DNA of 64,000 nt, taken from positions 14,451-78,450 of the forward strand of contig JAJDNY010000161.1 of NCBI GenBank assembly GCA_022340425.1, in the 5' to 3' direction. Positions 19,435 to 28,766 of this stretch are shown here, piece after piece. This DNA is from Desulfobacteraceae bacterium. Lineage in GTDB: Bacteria > Desulfobacterota > Desulfobacteria > Desulfobacterales > JAABRJ01. Position numbers and translations under genes: made by a program. The notes under the pieces were generated by a model. It was not told the origin of the DNA. It ran no database searches and saw only the letters and a program-made list of their open reading frames with translations. Position 1 is the stretch's first letter; every line of letters begins with the position of its first letter.

Positions 19435-20754
19435 ATGAAAACCCAGATCGAACTGGCCCGCGAAGGCCTGGTCACCCCCCAGATGGCGCGGGTGGCCCGG
19501 GACGAAAAGATCCCCCCCGAGGTGATCCGCGAGCGGGTCGCCCGCGGCGAGATCGTCATCCCCAACAACCCCTTCCGCCCCCATCAGGCCGTGGTCGGCA
19601 TCGGCTCCGGGCTGAGGACCAAGGTCAACGCCTCCATCGGCACCTCCTCGGACATCTGCCACCTGGACGACGAGGTGCGCAAGGCCCGGGCGGCCGAAGC
19701 CGAAGGCGCCGACACTTTGATGGAGCTATCTGCCGGGGGCGACCTCGACAGGATCCGGCGGGCCGTGCTGGCGGCCACCCACCGGCCGGTGGGCAACGTG
19801 CCCCTCTACCAGGCCTTCAAGGAGACCGCCCGCCGGCACCGCAACCCCGGCAAGCTCGACCCCGAATACCTCTTCGAGCTGATCGAGCGGCAGCTGGCCG
19901 ACGGCCTGAGCTTCATGGCCATCCACTGCGGCATCAACCGCCACACCATCGAGCGCCTGCGTAAACAGGGCTACCGCTACGGCGGGCTGGTGTCCAAGGG
20001 CGGCACCTTCATGGTGGCCTGGATGGACCAGAACCGCCGCGAAAACCCGCTCTACGAGCAGTTCGACCGGGTCTGCGGGCTGATGAAAAAGTACGACGCC
20101 GTTCTCTCCCTGGGCAACGGCATCCGCGCCGGCGCGATCCACGACAGCCACGACCGGGCCCAGATGGCCGAGATGATCATCAACTGCGAGCTGGCTGCGC
20201 TGGGGCGCGAGATGGGCTGTCAGATGATGGTGGAGGGTCCGGGCCACGTCCCGCTGGATGAGATCGAGGGCAACATCATGCTGGAAAAGCGCATGAGCGG
20301 CAACGCCCCCTACTACGTGCTGGGCCCGATCCCCATGGACCGCGGGGCCGGCTACGATCACGTCGTGGCCGCCATCGGCGCGGCCAACTCGGCGCGCTAC
20401 GGCGCCGACCTGATCTGCTACATCACCCCGGCCGAGCACCTGGCGCTGCCCACCGAGGCCGACGTGCGCGAGGGCGTGCGGGTCACCCGGCTGGCCGTTG
20501 CGGTGGGGGATCTGGCCAAATACCCCGAACGCCGCCAAATGGACAGGCTGGCCGCCCTGGCCCGGCGCGACATGCGCTGGGATGACCTGGAAAACTACCT
20601 GCTCTTTCCCGAGGTGGCCCGGGCGATGCGCGAGAGCCGAAAGCCGGCCGAGGAAAAGACCTGCACCATGTGCGGGGATTTCTGCGCCATGAAAAAGGGG
20701 ATGGAGGTCTTCGCCGGGGACATCGCTGGGGACAAGTGCTCAGCGGGTGTTTAG
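19435..20754 (+). CDS. thiC: ThiC-family radical SAM enzyme (phosphomethylpyrimidine synthase-like; the B12-riboswitch context suggests 5-hydroxybenzimidazole synthase BzaF)
   Basis: ORF trimmed to ATG 19435 (GGAAGGAGA RBS). 439 aa short-form ThiC family: 'GIGSGLRTKVNASIGTS', 'MAIHCG', 'EGPGHVPL' and the C-terminal Cys cluster 'CTMCGDFCAMK'. Confidence 0.9.
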   Translation: MKTQIELAREGLVTPQMARVARDEKIPPEVIRERVARGEIVIPNNPFRPHQAVVGIGSGLRTKVNASIGTSSDICHLDDEVRKARAAEAEGADTLMELSAGGDLDRIRRAVLAATHRPVGNVPLYQAFKETARRHRNPGKLDPEYLFELIERQLADGLSFMAIHCGINRHTIERLRKQGYRYGGLVSKGGTFMVAWMDQNRRENPLYEQFDRVCGLMKKYDAVLSLGNGIRAGAIHDSHDRAQMAEMIINCELAALGREMGCQMMVEGPGHVPLDEIEGNIMLEKRMSGNAPYYVLGPIPMDRGAGYDHVVAAIGAANSARYGADLICYITPAEHLALPTEADVREGVRVTRLAVAVGDLAKYPERRQMDRLAALARRDMRWDDLENYLLFPEVARAMRESRKPAEEKTCTMCGDFCAMKKGMEVFAGDIAGDKCSAGV

Positions 20755-20811
20755 GGCGCCTGCGGGTCGGTTCGGTGCGGCAGGTCAGGCGGTGGCCCCT
20801 CAGGGCATCTT

Positions 20812-21174
20812 TCAGGCGGCGCTCAGCCACTGCCAGGCTTGGTCCATTTCGGAGCGGTCGAAATAGGCCGTCTGGATGCCGCTGAACAGGCCGAAGAGGC
20901 TGATCCAGGTGTCCTTCCAAACCCGGTCGCCGACCACCGCCAGGCGCTCGATGCGATCGGCCATGGGCACGGCGAAGCGCAGGTCGAAATAGAGGTCTTC
21001 GGCGCTGTTGAAGGACGGGTAGTGCTGTGCCACCAAGAGCAGCCGAACCCTGCCGGTCCGGCCCGCGAGCTTTTGCAGGGCGGTGCTGATGCGCTCTGTT
21101 TCGACGTCGCTGACCGCACCCTCGAGGCGGAAGCCCAGGATATTGGGCCCCAGTTTTTTGAGTTCTCCGATCAT
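20812..21174 (-). CDS. STAS/SpoIIAA-like (DUF3478-type) protein
   Basis: ORF trimmed to ATG 21174 (GGGAGGAG RBS). 120 aa. 'NILGFRLEGAVS...RVRLLLV...RLAVVGD' matches the SpoIIAA-like fold pattern from memory. Confidence 0.6.
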   Translation of the reverse strand: MIGELKKLGPNILGFRLEGAVSDVETERISTALQKLAGRTGRVRLLLVAQHYPSFNSAEDLYFDLRFAVPMADRIERLAVVGDRVWKDTWISLFGLFSGIQTAYFDRSEMDQAWQWLSAA

Positions 21175-21599
21175 GCCGGGCTCCTCCCAGGCCACGATTC
21201 CAGGCCGTCAGCGGCCGGGGTTTCGGGCATGAACCAACATAAGGCTGTTTTGAGCGCTGGAAAGAGGGCCTCAAGCGGGCAGCTTTGAGAAAGGACCGGC
21301 GAACAGGCGGCCAGCCTGAAAAAAACCGCCTTCCGGGCCGATGCCTGCCAATTCCGGGATCAGGAGCAACGGGATCCATAGGGGCCCCATGATGTGCATC
21401 CGGAACCGGGCTTAAAACGCGTGCCGAGGGCGAAGCCCCTGTCGGTAAGATCAACTTTCACCGGGGGAGGTTGGGCCACAAGACCGGCTTCCCTGATGTA
21501 CGCCACACACCCTTAGGCAAAGGCCATATCCGCTCCGGAATGTGGCACTCGGGCTCCAGGGCGCTCTTCGTCAGGTGGTTGGCCGCGGCGCCTGCGGGC

Positions 21600-22178
21600 T
21601 CACCCCTCCTCACGGCATTTTTTGAGCCGGGCGGCAATCCGCCACTTTTTCATCAGGGCCGCGGTTTCCGGCGGCACCAGGTGGGTCCAGGGGCGGCCCT
21701 GGACCATCGCCTTGCGGATGGTCTTGGCGCTGATGCCTTTTTCTTCGGGTGAGACCTCCCGCAGCACATGGATCTTCAAGCCCAGCGACTGGAAGTAATC
21801 CCGTTTGCGCCGCCCCCAATCGTCATAGATGCTGAGGAAAAAGACGGCGTTCAGGGGAACGTAGAAAAGGTAGCGCTCGGGCAGATTGATGGGCAGGGGG
21901 ACCACCGAAAGCGATTCGGCCGGGATCCCGCGGGCCTGCAGGACCGCCTGCAGCATGCGGTAGCGCTCGTAGTAGGTCAGGGGGTTGGCCAGCGGGTCGC
22001 TGCGCGCCGGGTCCGCCGACTCCGGGCGGGTCGCCCAGGGGTCGGGGTTGGTGATGCCCACCACCAGGTGGCGGCAGAGGGCTTTACCGGCCAGAAGATA
22101 TCTCAGATGATCGTTGTGAAGCACCTGGAAGCGGCCGTGGATGACGCCCACCTCCCAGGGGCGGCGCTGGTTTTTCAT
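21600..22178 (-). CDS. Cytidylyltransferase-family nucleotidyltransferase (NMN/NaMN adenylyltransferase-like)
   Basis: 192 aa. 'GVIHGRFQVLHNDH' is the (H/T)xGH nucleotidyltransferase motif. 'ISAKTIRKAM' is an ISSTxxR-like C-terminal motif. Confidence 0.75.
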   Translation of the reverse strand: MKNQRRPWEVGVIHGRFQVLHNDHLRYLLAGKALCRHLVVGITNPDPWATRPESADPARSDPLANPLTYYERYRMLQAVLQARGIPAESLSVVPLPINLPERYLFYVPLNAVFFLSIYDDWGRRKRDYFQSLGLKIHVLREVSPEEKGISAKTIRKAMVQGRPWTHLVPPETAALMKKWRIAARLKKCREEG

Positions 22179-22239
22179 GTGTCGTCGCCCTTTTTCAAGT
22201 CAACCCGGACCGGTGGGTTGCGGCTCGGCGGATTTCGCC

Positions 22240-23559
22240 TCACGGACCGGGATCCAGCCTGAAGGGCACCGAAAGACCGGGCCAGTATGGCTGGTCCACG
22301 GGGGAGTCCATCAGACCCTGCAGCTTGGCCCGGTCCAGGTGGTTTAAAATCAGATACATCAGCTCCCGGCCGCGCACCGGCCCCAGCGCCCCGCCGGCGG
22401 CGTTGATCTCGTCGAAGGCCTGCACCCTGTCGCGGCGAACCCCGGGACCGCAGAAGGTCAGCGGCACCGATTCCCCGGAGTGGATCAGGGGGCCTGAGCT
22501 GGGGGTCGCGTGGTCGGCGGTTGCGATGATTAGGACCTCCGGGTCTGCCAGCAGCGGGGCGATGGCCTGGCCGAGGCCACGGTCCAGGGATTCGAGGACA
22601 CGCTTTTTGGCCAGCGGGTCTTTGGTGTGGGCTGCTTCATCGGGGGCTTTGGTATGCACGTGGACAAAGTCGTAGCGGCCCAAGGCCTGTTGGGCCAATC
22701 TCAGGCGCGCTGCCAGGTCGGCCCCGGGATCGGTGGAATCGACCACCGGGCGGAAGTCCAGACCGATGTAGGCTGCCAACCCTTGGTAGACGATGCCGGA
22801 GGCGATCAAAAGCCCGCGCAACCCGTTTTGTTCTCTAAACGGGGGCGCGTTTTTCAGCCGGCCGGCCCGTTGGGTCAGCATGCCGTTGATGGGCGGGGCG
22901 CCTGCGGCGGCGCGCAGGCGGTTGAGGGGCAGGGCCGCCAGGCGGCGGTAAAGGTACCCCAGGTATGCGCCGAGCGCCCGGGCGCTGCGCGCGGCAGCCG
23001 GGTCGTGGAAAGCGGCCTGCCATGGCCGGGGCGCCATGACGGGGCGGCCGTGGGTCACCGGATCGGTGTCGGTCACCCGGGGAGAGACGTCCCCGCGCAG
23101 GGTCAGGATGCCGCGTAACCCCTCGGTGCGGGTGAAGTCGACCCGCACTTCCGCTTCTTCCCAGGGCGTGACCTGGCCGAAAAGCTGGTCGGCTTCGGCA
23201 TTGGTGAAGGGCGGTTTGCCGTCGGCCAGCAGAAGACGATCGCCCTCAGGTGTCAGGCTCGCCAGGTGGGCCAGGATCGCCACGGTTTGGTTGTCCAGGG
23301 AAATCCCGGCGCCCAATGCCTCCAGGGCGCCGCGGCCCGGAAAGTCCTCGGAGGCGTAGCCGAACATGGCGAAATGGGCGTTTTCGCTGGGCAGCGCCTG
23401 ACCCAGGGCGGCGGGGTGGTAGAGACCGCTGCAGCCAAGGGCCGCCAGGCGGTCCAAGACCGGGGTGGCCGCCGCCTGGAGGGGGGTCTGGTGTCCCAGC
23501 CGCCGGTAGCTGCGATCCCCGGCACCGTCCAAAAGGATTAAAATACACTTTCTGGCCAT
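22240..23559 (-). CDS. Cofactor-independent phosphoglycerate mutase-like metalloenzyme (archaeal ApgM / alkaline-phosphatase superfamily)
   Basis: ORF trimmed to ATG 23559 (MARKCILILLDGAGDR...). 'ILLDGAGD', 'FVHVHTKAPDEAAH' and 'ATADHATP' are metal-site motifs of the ApgM family. Confidence 0.8.
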   Translation of the reverse strand: MARKCILILLDGAGDRSYRRLGHQTPLQAAATPVLDRLAALGCSGLYHPAALGQALPSENAHFAMFGYASEDFPGRGALEALGAGISLDNQTVAILAHLASLTPEGDRLLLADGKPPFTNAEADQLFGQVTPWEEAEVRVDFTRTEGLRGILTLRGDVSPRVTDTDPVTHGRPVMAPRPWQAAFHDPAAARSARALGAYLGYLYRRLAALPLNRLRAAAGAPPINGMLTQRAGRLKNAPPFREQNGLRGLLIASGIVYQGLAAYIGLDFRPVVDSTDPGADLAARLRLAQQALGRYDFVHVHTKAPDEAAHTKDPLAKKRVLESLDRGLGQAIAPLLADPEVLIIATADHATPSSGPLIHSGESVPLTFCGPGVRRDRVQAFDEINAAGGALGPVRGRELMYLILNHLDRAKLQGLMDSPVDQPYWPGLSVPFRLDPGP

Positions 23560-23702
23560 GGGGCACCTCGGGGTCAATCAATCTCGGCAATCCTAAACCA
23601 AATCCCGACCCGCTGCAATTCTATCGATTCTGTCGATACAATCCAACGCAAGGATAGATATTAAAAATTTGCCTGGCGGTGTAGAAATGGTATTTTACCG
23701 GC

Positions 23703-24392
23703 ATGTTAATCGATATGCACGTGCACACGACGGTCTCCCCCTGTAGCCGGCTGACCCTGGAGGACCTTCTGACCCACTCCCGGCGGCGGGGGCTGGATGG
23801 TGTCTGCATCACCGATCACGGGAGTATGGCGGCGGCGCACACCCTGCGGGAAGGCCGCCAGCCCGACGGGCTGTATGTTTTTTTCGGTCTCGAATATGCC
23901 ACCCCGGAAGGCGATTTTCTGATCATCGGGCCATTTGACGAACTTGCGCCGCATCTCAGTGCGCGCCGGCTGTTGGATCGGGTGGCGGCCGCCGGTGGAG
24001 TGGCCATTGCCGCGCATCCCTTTCGCGGCGGCCGTCCCGTCAGAGAGGATCTGATACGCGAGGGGCGCTGCCGGATCGTGGAGAGTCTCAACGGCCGCAA
24101 CAAGGCGGTCGAAAATCGGGCGGTCGACGGCTGGCGGCGGCGTTATGATTTCACGGAATGCGCCGGCAGCGACGCCCATTGCCTGGCCGAACTCGGCCGG
24201 GTGCGCACCCGCTTCCAGGAGCGCGTCGAAACCCGGGGGCAGCTCGTGCGGGCACTTCAAAGGGGGGTGTGTGCGCCGGAAACGCCCGATGCCATCCTGG
24301 CCCCAGCAGCTGCCGGAGACCCTCCGGCCCGGATAAACATCCTCCAGGCGGGGAAATCCGCCCCGCAGCCCATGTCCCTGAGTGAAAAATGA
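23703..24392 (+). CDS. PHP-domain metal-dependent phosphoesterase
   Basis: 'MLIDMHVHT', 'GVCITDHG', 'IAAHPFRG' and 'GSDAH' are PHP-family His/Asp motifs. First gene of the pst operon; no obvious SD sequence upstream. Confidence 0.8.
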   Translation: MLIDMHVHTTVSPCSRLTLEDLLTHSRRRGLDGVCITDHGSMAAAHTLREGRQPDGLYVFFGLEYATPEGDFLIIGPFDELAPHLSARRLLDRVAAAGGVAIAAHPFRGGRPVREDLIREGRCRIVESLNGRNKAVENRAVDGWRRRYDFTECAGSDAHCLAELGRVRTRFQERVETRGQLVRALQRGVCAPETPDAILAPAAAGDPPARINILQAGKSAPQPMSLSEK

Positions 24393-24454
24393 GGTGGAAT
24401 GCCGGCAATTGGAGACAACCCGGTGAAATTTAAAAACATGGAGGTGAAAAGACC

Positions 24455-25288
24455 GTGATGAGCCCAAAAGGATTCTCTTTGTCGGTGATCGCCCTGGCGT
24501 TGCTGGTGTGCGCGGCACCTGTCTTGGCCGGAGATTTGGACCGCTTCACCAATCTCGAGGGAACCCTGGACATTGCCGGCGGCACGGCCCACATCCCGGT
24601 GATGAACGAGGCGGCCAAGCGGATCATGACCTTCAATCCGAAGGTCCGGATCACCGTGGCCGGCGGCGGGTCAGGTATCGGCGTGCAGAAGGTCGGCGAG
24701 GGGTTGGTGGATATCGGCAACACCGGGCGCGCCCTGTCCGAGGAGGAAGTGGCCAAGTTCGGCCTGCAGTCCTTTGATTTCGCGATCGACGGCGTGGCGC
24801 CCATCGTGCACCCGGAAAACCCCGTGACCGGCCTCACGGCCCAGCAGATCCGGGATATTTTTGCCGGGCGGATCACCCGCTGGAGCGAGGTGGGCGGCCC
24901 GGACGAGGCCATCCATGTCTACGGTCGCGAGGAGGCCAGCGGCACCCACGAGGTTTTTTGGGGCAAGATGCTGAAAAAGGAGCCGATCGTGGCCAGCGCG
25001 AACATCATTCAGTCCAACGGCGCCATGAAGGTGGCGGTTTCCCAGGATGCCAATGCCATCGGCTACATGAGCATCGGCCATATCGACGACACGGTGAAGC
25101 CCCTGGCGGTCGACGGGGTCACGCCCTCCCAGGAGACGGCGGTCGACAAAAGCTATCCCGTGGTTCGGCATTTGTTCATGAACACCAAGGGCGACCCCAA
25201 ACCATTGGCGCGGGCGTTCATCGACTATATCCTGAGCGAGGAAGGCGCCGGCATCACCAGCGCCGCCGGCTACATTCCGGTGCGGTAG
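24455..25288 (+). CDS. pstS: Phosphate ABC transporter substrate-binding protein PstS
   Basis: Signal peptide ('LALLVCAAPVLAG'). 'GGGSGIGV' and 'FDFAIDGVAPIVHPENP...LTAQQIRDIFAG' PstS-family motifs. Start is GTG 24455 or ATG 24458, after GGAGGTG. Confidence 0.9.
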   Translation: MMSPKGFSLSVIALALLVCAAPVLAGDLDRFTNLEGTLDIAGGTAHIPVMNEAAKRIMTFNPKVRITVAGGGSGIGVQKVGEGLVDIGNTGRALSEEEVAKFGLQSFDFAIDGVAPIVHPENPVTGLTAQQIRDIFAGRITRWSEVGGPDEAIHVYGREEASGTHEVFWGKMLKKEPIVASANIIQSNGAMKVAVSQDANAIGYMSIGHIDDTVKPLAVDGVTPSQETAVDKSYPVVRHLFMNTKGDPKPLARAFIDYILSEEGAGITSAAGYIPVR

Positions 25289-25313
25289 TTTCACCCTCCC
25301 CTCCCTGATTCCG

Positions 25314-26162
25314 ATGTTTTTCGAAATTTGGATCCGACGCCTGCTGTGCGCCGCCGCGATGGTGTCCACCGCGGCGGCTTTGTGTATTTTGCTGGTCCTG
25401 ATCACCCTGGTCCTGCCGCTTTTCGCCCACGGCGGCCTGGCTACGGTGCTCGCCTGGCAGTGGCTGCCGTTTGAGGGGAAGTTCGGCATCCTGCCCATGG
25501 TGGTCGGCTCGCTTTGGCTCTCCCTGGGCGCGCTGGCCGCAGCCACACCCCTGGCTGTCGGCCTCGCGTGCTTCGTTCAGGTCCTGGCCCCGGGCCGGGT
25601 CAAAAGCCTCTGTCTGGCCCTGGTGCACTACATGACCAGCATTCCCACGGTAATCTACGGGTTCGTCTCGATTTTTATGCTGGTTCCCCTGATGCGGCAG
25701 TGGTTTGAACGCGGCACGGGCTTTTCCCTGCTGACGGCCATGCTGGCGCTCACCCTGCTCATTCTGCCGACCATCGTGCTGGTCTTTCACGCCACGCTGC
25801 GCGAGGTGGACCGCACGGCCCGGGCCACCTGCGCCGCCCTGGGGTTTTCCAAACCCGCCTACATCCGGCATGTGCTGCTGCCGCTTTCCCGGCGCGGCCT
25901 GCTGGCCGCCGTAATCCTGGGGTTCGGGCGGGCCGTGGGGGACACGCTGATATCGTTGATGCTCGCCGGCAACGCCCCCATGGTCCCGGGCTCCCCTGCG
26001 GACGCCATCCGCACCCTGACCGCGCACATCGCCCTGGTCGTGGCCACGGACAGCCAGAGCACGTTTTACCACTCGGTCTTCGCCTCCGGTCTGATCCTGT
26101 TCCTGATCATGGTTCTCATCAACCTGGCCCTGCGCAGGCTGGGCAGGTCCTTTGCCCCATGA
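25314..26162 (+). CDS. pstC: Phosphate ABC transporter permease PstC
   Basis: 282 aa, polytopic. EAA-like loop ('REVDRTARATCAALG'). Position and order match pstSCAB. Confidence 0.9.
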   Translation: MFFEIWIRRLLCAAAMVSTAAALCILLVLITLVLPLFAHGGLATVLAWQWLPFEGKFGILPMVVGSLWLSLGALAAATPLAVGLACFVQVLAPGRVKSLCLALVHYMTSIPTVIYGFVSIFMLVPLMRQWFERGTGFSLLTAMLALTLLILPTIVLVFHATLREVDRTARATCAALGFSKPAYIRHVLLPLSRRGLLAAVILGFGRAVGDTLISLMLAGNAPMVPGSPADAIRTLTAHIALVVATDSQSTFYHSVFASGLILFLIMVLINLALRRLGRSFAP

Positions 26163-27049
26163 CCGCCGCACAAAAACACAGTCTTGCGGACACGGCAACG
26201 ACCGCTTTCTGCTGGAGTGCAGCCGCGCTTACGGGCGTGGCCGTTCTGGCGGTCATGGGCTTTCTGATCTTTCGCGGGGCAGGCACCCTGGGGCTTGAAC
26301 TGTTCTTTGGGCAGACCCCCTGGAGGGACGCCTTGACCGGGGCCCGGCCGGTCTTCGACGGGCTCTGGTCGGCCCTGGCCGGGACCCTTATTCTGGTGGT
26401 CCTTTCCTGTTTGATGGCCGTTCCCGTGGGGATTGCCGGCGGGGTCTATCTATCCGTCTACGCCAGCCGGCGCTATCAAAGCATGACCGGGTTCGCCGTG
26501 GACCTGATGGCCGGCATCCCGTCGATTGTCATGGGCCTCTTCGGCTTCAGCATGATCGTGGTCCTGCGGCATGCGCTCTTTCCCCACGCCAAGACCTGCC
26601 TGCTGCTGGCGGCGGTATGTATCGCGCTGCTGATCCTGCCCTATTTGGTGCGCACCACCCAAAACGCCCTCTCCGGGCTGCCGGAGCACTTGCGCCTGCT
26701 GGGGCCAAGTCTGGGGTTCAGCACGTGGCAGAACACGCGCCACGTCCTGCTGCCCTCCGCCGGCCGGGGGATCCTCAGCGGCGTGATCCTGGCCATGGGA
26801 CGGGCCGCCGAAGACACGGCCGTGATCCTGCTGACCGGCGTGGTGGCCCAGGCCTTTCTGCCCCGCAGCCTGTGGGACAAATTCGAGGCCCTGCCCTTTC
26901 GGATATACTATCTTGCCGCCGAACACCGCTCCGTGGCGGAACTGGACCAGGCCTTCGGCGCGGCCCTGGTCCTTTTGATGCTCACCGGCGCGCTGTTCTG
27001 CCTGGCCTTTCTGATTCAAAGAACCATGGAGCACCGCTGGAAAAAATAA
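26159..27049 (+). CDS. pstA: Phosphate ABC transporter permease PstA
   Basis: 296 aa, polytopic. ATGA overlap with pstC. 'LSGLPEHLRLLGPSLGFSTWQ' permease loop. Confidence 0.9.
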   Translation: MTAAQKHSLADTATTAFCWSAAALTGVAVLAVMGFLIFRGAGTLGLELFFGQTPWRDALTGARPVFDGLWSALAGTLILVVLSCLMAVPVGIAGGVYLSVYASRRYQSMTGFAVDLMAGIPSIVMGLFGFSMIVVLRHALFPHAKTCLLLAAVCIALLILPYLVRTTQNALSGLPEHLRLLGPSLGFSTWQNTRHVLLPSAGRGILSGVILAMGRAAEDTAVILLTGVVAQAFLPRSLWDKFEALPFRIYYLAAEHRSVAELDQAFGAALVLLMLTGALFCLAFLIQRTMEHRWKK

Positions 27050-27813
27050 TGGCCCTGCCGGAACCCATCCTGGAAATGCGCGACCTGACGGTCCGCTTCG
27101 ATGAAAAGATCGTTCTTGACCGGATCAATCTGCGCCTTGGCCCCGGCGAACTGGTCATGGTCGTGGGACCGTCCGGCTCCGGCAAGACGACCCTGCTGCG
27201 GGCCGTGAACCGCCTGAACGAAGAATATCCGGGGAGTGCGACGCACGGCCTGGTGCGGGTCCGGCTGGGGGGCCACTGGCTGGACTGCTATGCTGAAAAT
27301 TTCCCCCTGACCGATCTGCGCCTGCGGGTGGGCATGGTCTTTCAAAACCCCAATGTCCTGCCTTTTTCGATTCAAAGAAATCTGACCCTGCCCTTGTGCG
27401 TCGCTTTAGGCATGAGCAAGGTTGAGGCGGCGCAGCGGGTCCAGCGCGCCCTTGAGGATGTCTGGTTGTGGGAGGAGGTCAAGGACCGTTTGCGCGACAG
27501 CGCCCTGACCCTTTCCGGCGGCCAGCAGCAACGCCTTTGCCTGGCCCGGGTGCTTGCCCTGGACCCCGCAATTCTGCTGCTGGACGAGCCCACGGCTTCC
27601 CTGGATTTCAAGGCCACCCGCAAGATCGAGGCGCTCTTTCAAAGCCTCAAGGAGCGCTACGCCATTCTGGCCGTGACCCACAGTCTGAGCCAGATGCGCC
27701 GTCTGGCGGACCGGGTCCTGATTCTGCGCGGGGGGCACCTGGTTTCGGAGCTTTCCCGCGCGGAATTCCAAAACCAGGCAAATTGTCTGGAGATCATGGA
27801 GGAGTTTTTCTGA
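27049..27813 (+). CDS. pstB: Phosphate ABC transporter ATP-binding protein PstB
   Basis: ORF 26617..27813 trimmed to ATG 27049 (TAATG overlap with pstA). Walker A 'GPSGSGKTT', signature 'LSGGQQQRL', Walker B 'LLLDEPTASLD'. Confidence 0.95.
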   Translation: MALPEPILEMRDLTVRFDEKIVLDRINLRLGPGELVMVVGPSGSGKTTLLRAVNRLNEEYPGSATHGLVRVRLGGHWLDCYAENFPLTDLRLRVGMVFQNPNVLPFSIQRNLTLPLCVALGMSKVEAAQRVQRALEDVWLWEEVKDRLRDSALTLSGGQQQRLCLARVLALDPAILLLDEPTASLDFKATRKIEALFQSLKERYAILAVTHSLSQMRRLADRVLILRGGHLVSELSRAEFQNQANCLEIMEEFF

Positions 27814-27859
27814 AAAGAGGGCATCAAGCGGGTGAATTTCAGGATGCGGCCGGCGCGTG

Positions 27860-28426
27860 TCAGTTGAGGGCGCCGTCCTTCCAGTACTTGGTGCCCTTGA
27901 CGGTGGCCTGCAACGCCAGGCCGCTTTCGGTCAGCTGATAGATCGTGATGTTGTCGAAGACCGCCTCCCCGCCCACGGCCGCCCCCATGTCGCTGGCCTT
28001 GGCCGCCGCGTCCGCGTGCCCGCCGAACTCCCAGCCGCTGTCGATGAATTGCTGCAGGGTGGCGCTGTCGTGAAAAATGAAGACGGTTCGAAAATCCTTC
28101 AGCCCGGCCCCCAGACCGATGCCGACCTCCCCCATTTTCATGTAGGTGTTTTTCCCGCTGCGGTTGTTGCGGACCACGCCGTAGCCGCCGCCGAAGCTGG
28201 CCAGGATGATGTTGATGTTGGCGTTGCTGAAAACGGCGTAGCCCGGGGCCTTGGCGATCTGGCCCCTGGCCTGGGGGCGGCAGGCGTAAAGGTCCGTCAG
28301 GGTCTTATTTTTCATCTCGAGGATGGCCTGCCGCTTGTCCTGGGGGGTGGTGCCCTTGGTGGTGGCGCAACCCGCGATCAAAGCGGCCGCCAGCAGGATG
28401 AGCCCCGCGAGTCGAATGCCATGCAT
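27860..28426 (-). CDS. Lipoprotein, SYLF/DUF500-like (YSC84-type lipid-binding domain)
   Basis: Lipobox 'LIAGC' after the signal peptide. Gly-rich repeats 'SFGGGYGVV...GIGLGAGL...GWEFGGHADAAA' resemble the SYLF domain (from memory). Confidence 0.6.
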   Translation of the reverse strand: MHGIRLAGLILLAAALIAGCATTKGTTPQDKRQAILEMKNKTLTDLYACRPQARGQIAKAPGYAVFSNANINIILASFGGGYGVVRNNRSGKNTYMKMGEVGIGLGAGLKDFRTVFIFHDSATLQQFIDSGWEFGGHADAAAKASDMGAAVGGEAVFDNITIYQLTESGLALQATVKGTKYWKDGALN

Positions 28427-28766
28427 GTGCGTTTCCCTCCGATGGCCGCCTGAACGGCGTCACATGGTTGCCGCAATGGGTGTACGGCCGGTATCAAAGG
28501 GGTAATCGGTAAGGGATGCGCAACTCTTTAGGATACCTACTGGGTTCAGGCCACAACGCTTGCGGGCGTCCAAATGCCACTGCCTTTGGACACAGTGCGG
28601 CCCCGGGAAACCTGCCGGTTGCATGGTTTGCGCAACTTTTACCGAGCCAGGTGCTCAGGGTACGTGCGTCCCTGGGATGTTTGGAGTTGGTAAATTCTTT
28701 TTTCCATGTTATCTTTTTCTTTAGTTTTGGCGTTTACGCCGGTAAAATTCCATGGCAAGGTGGCGC

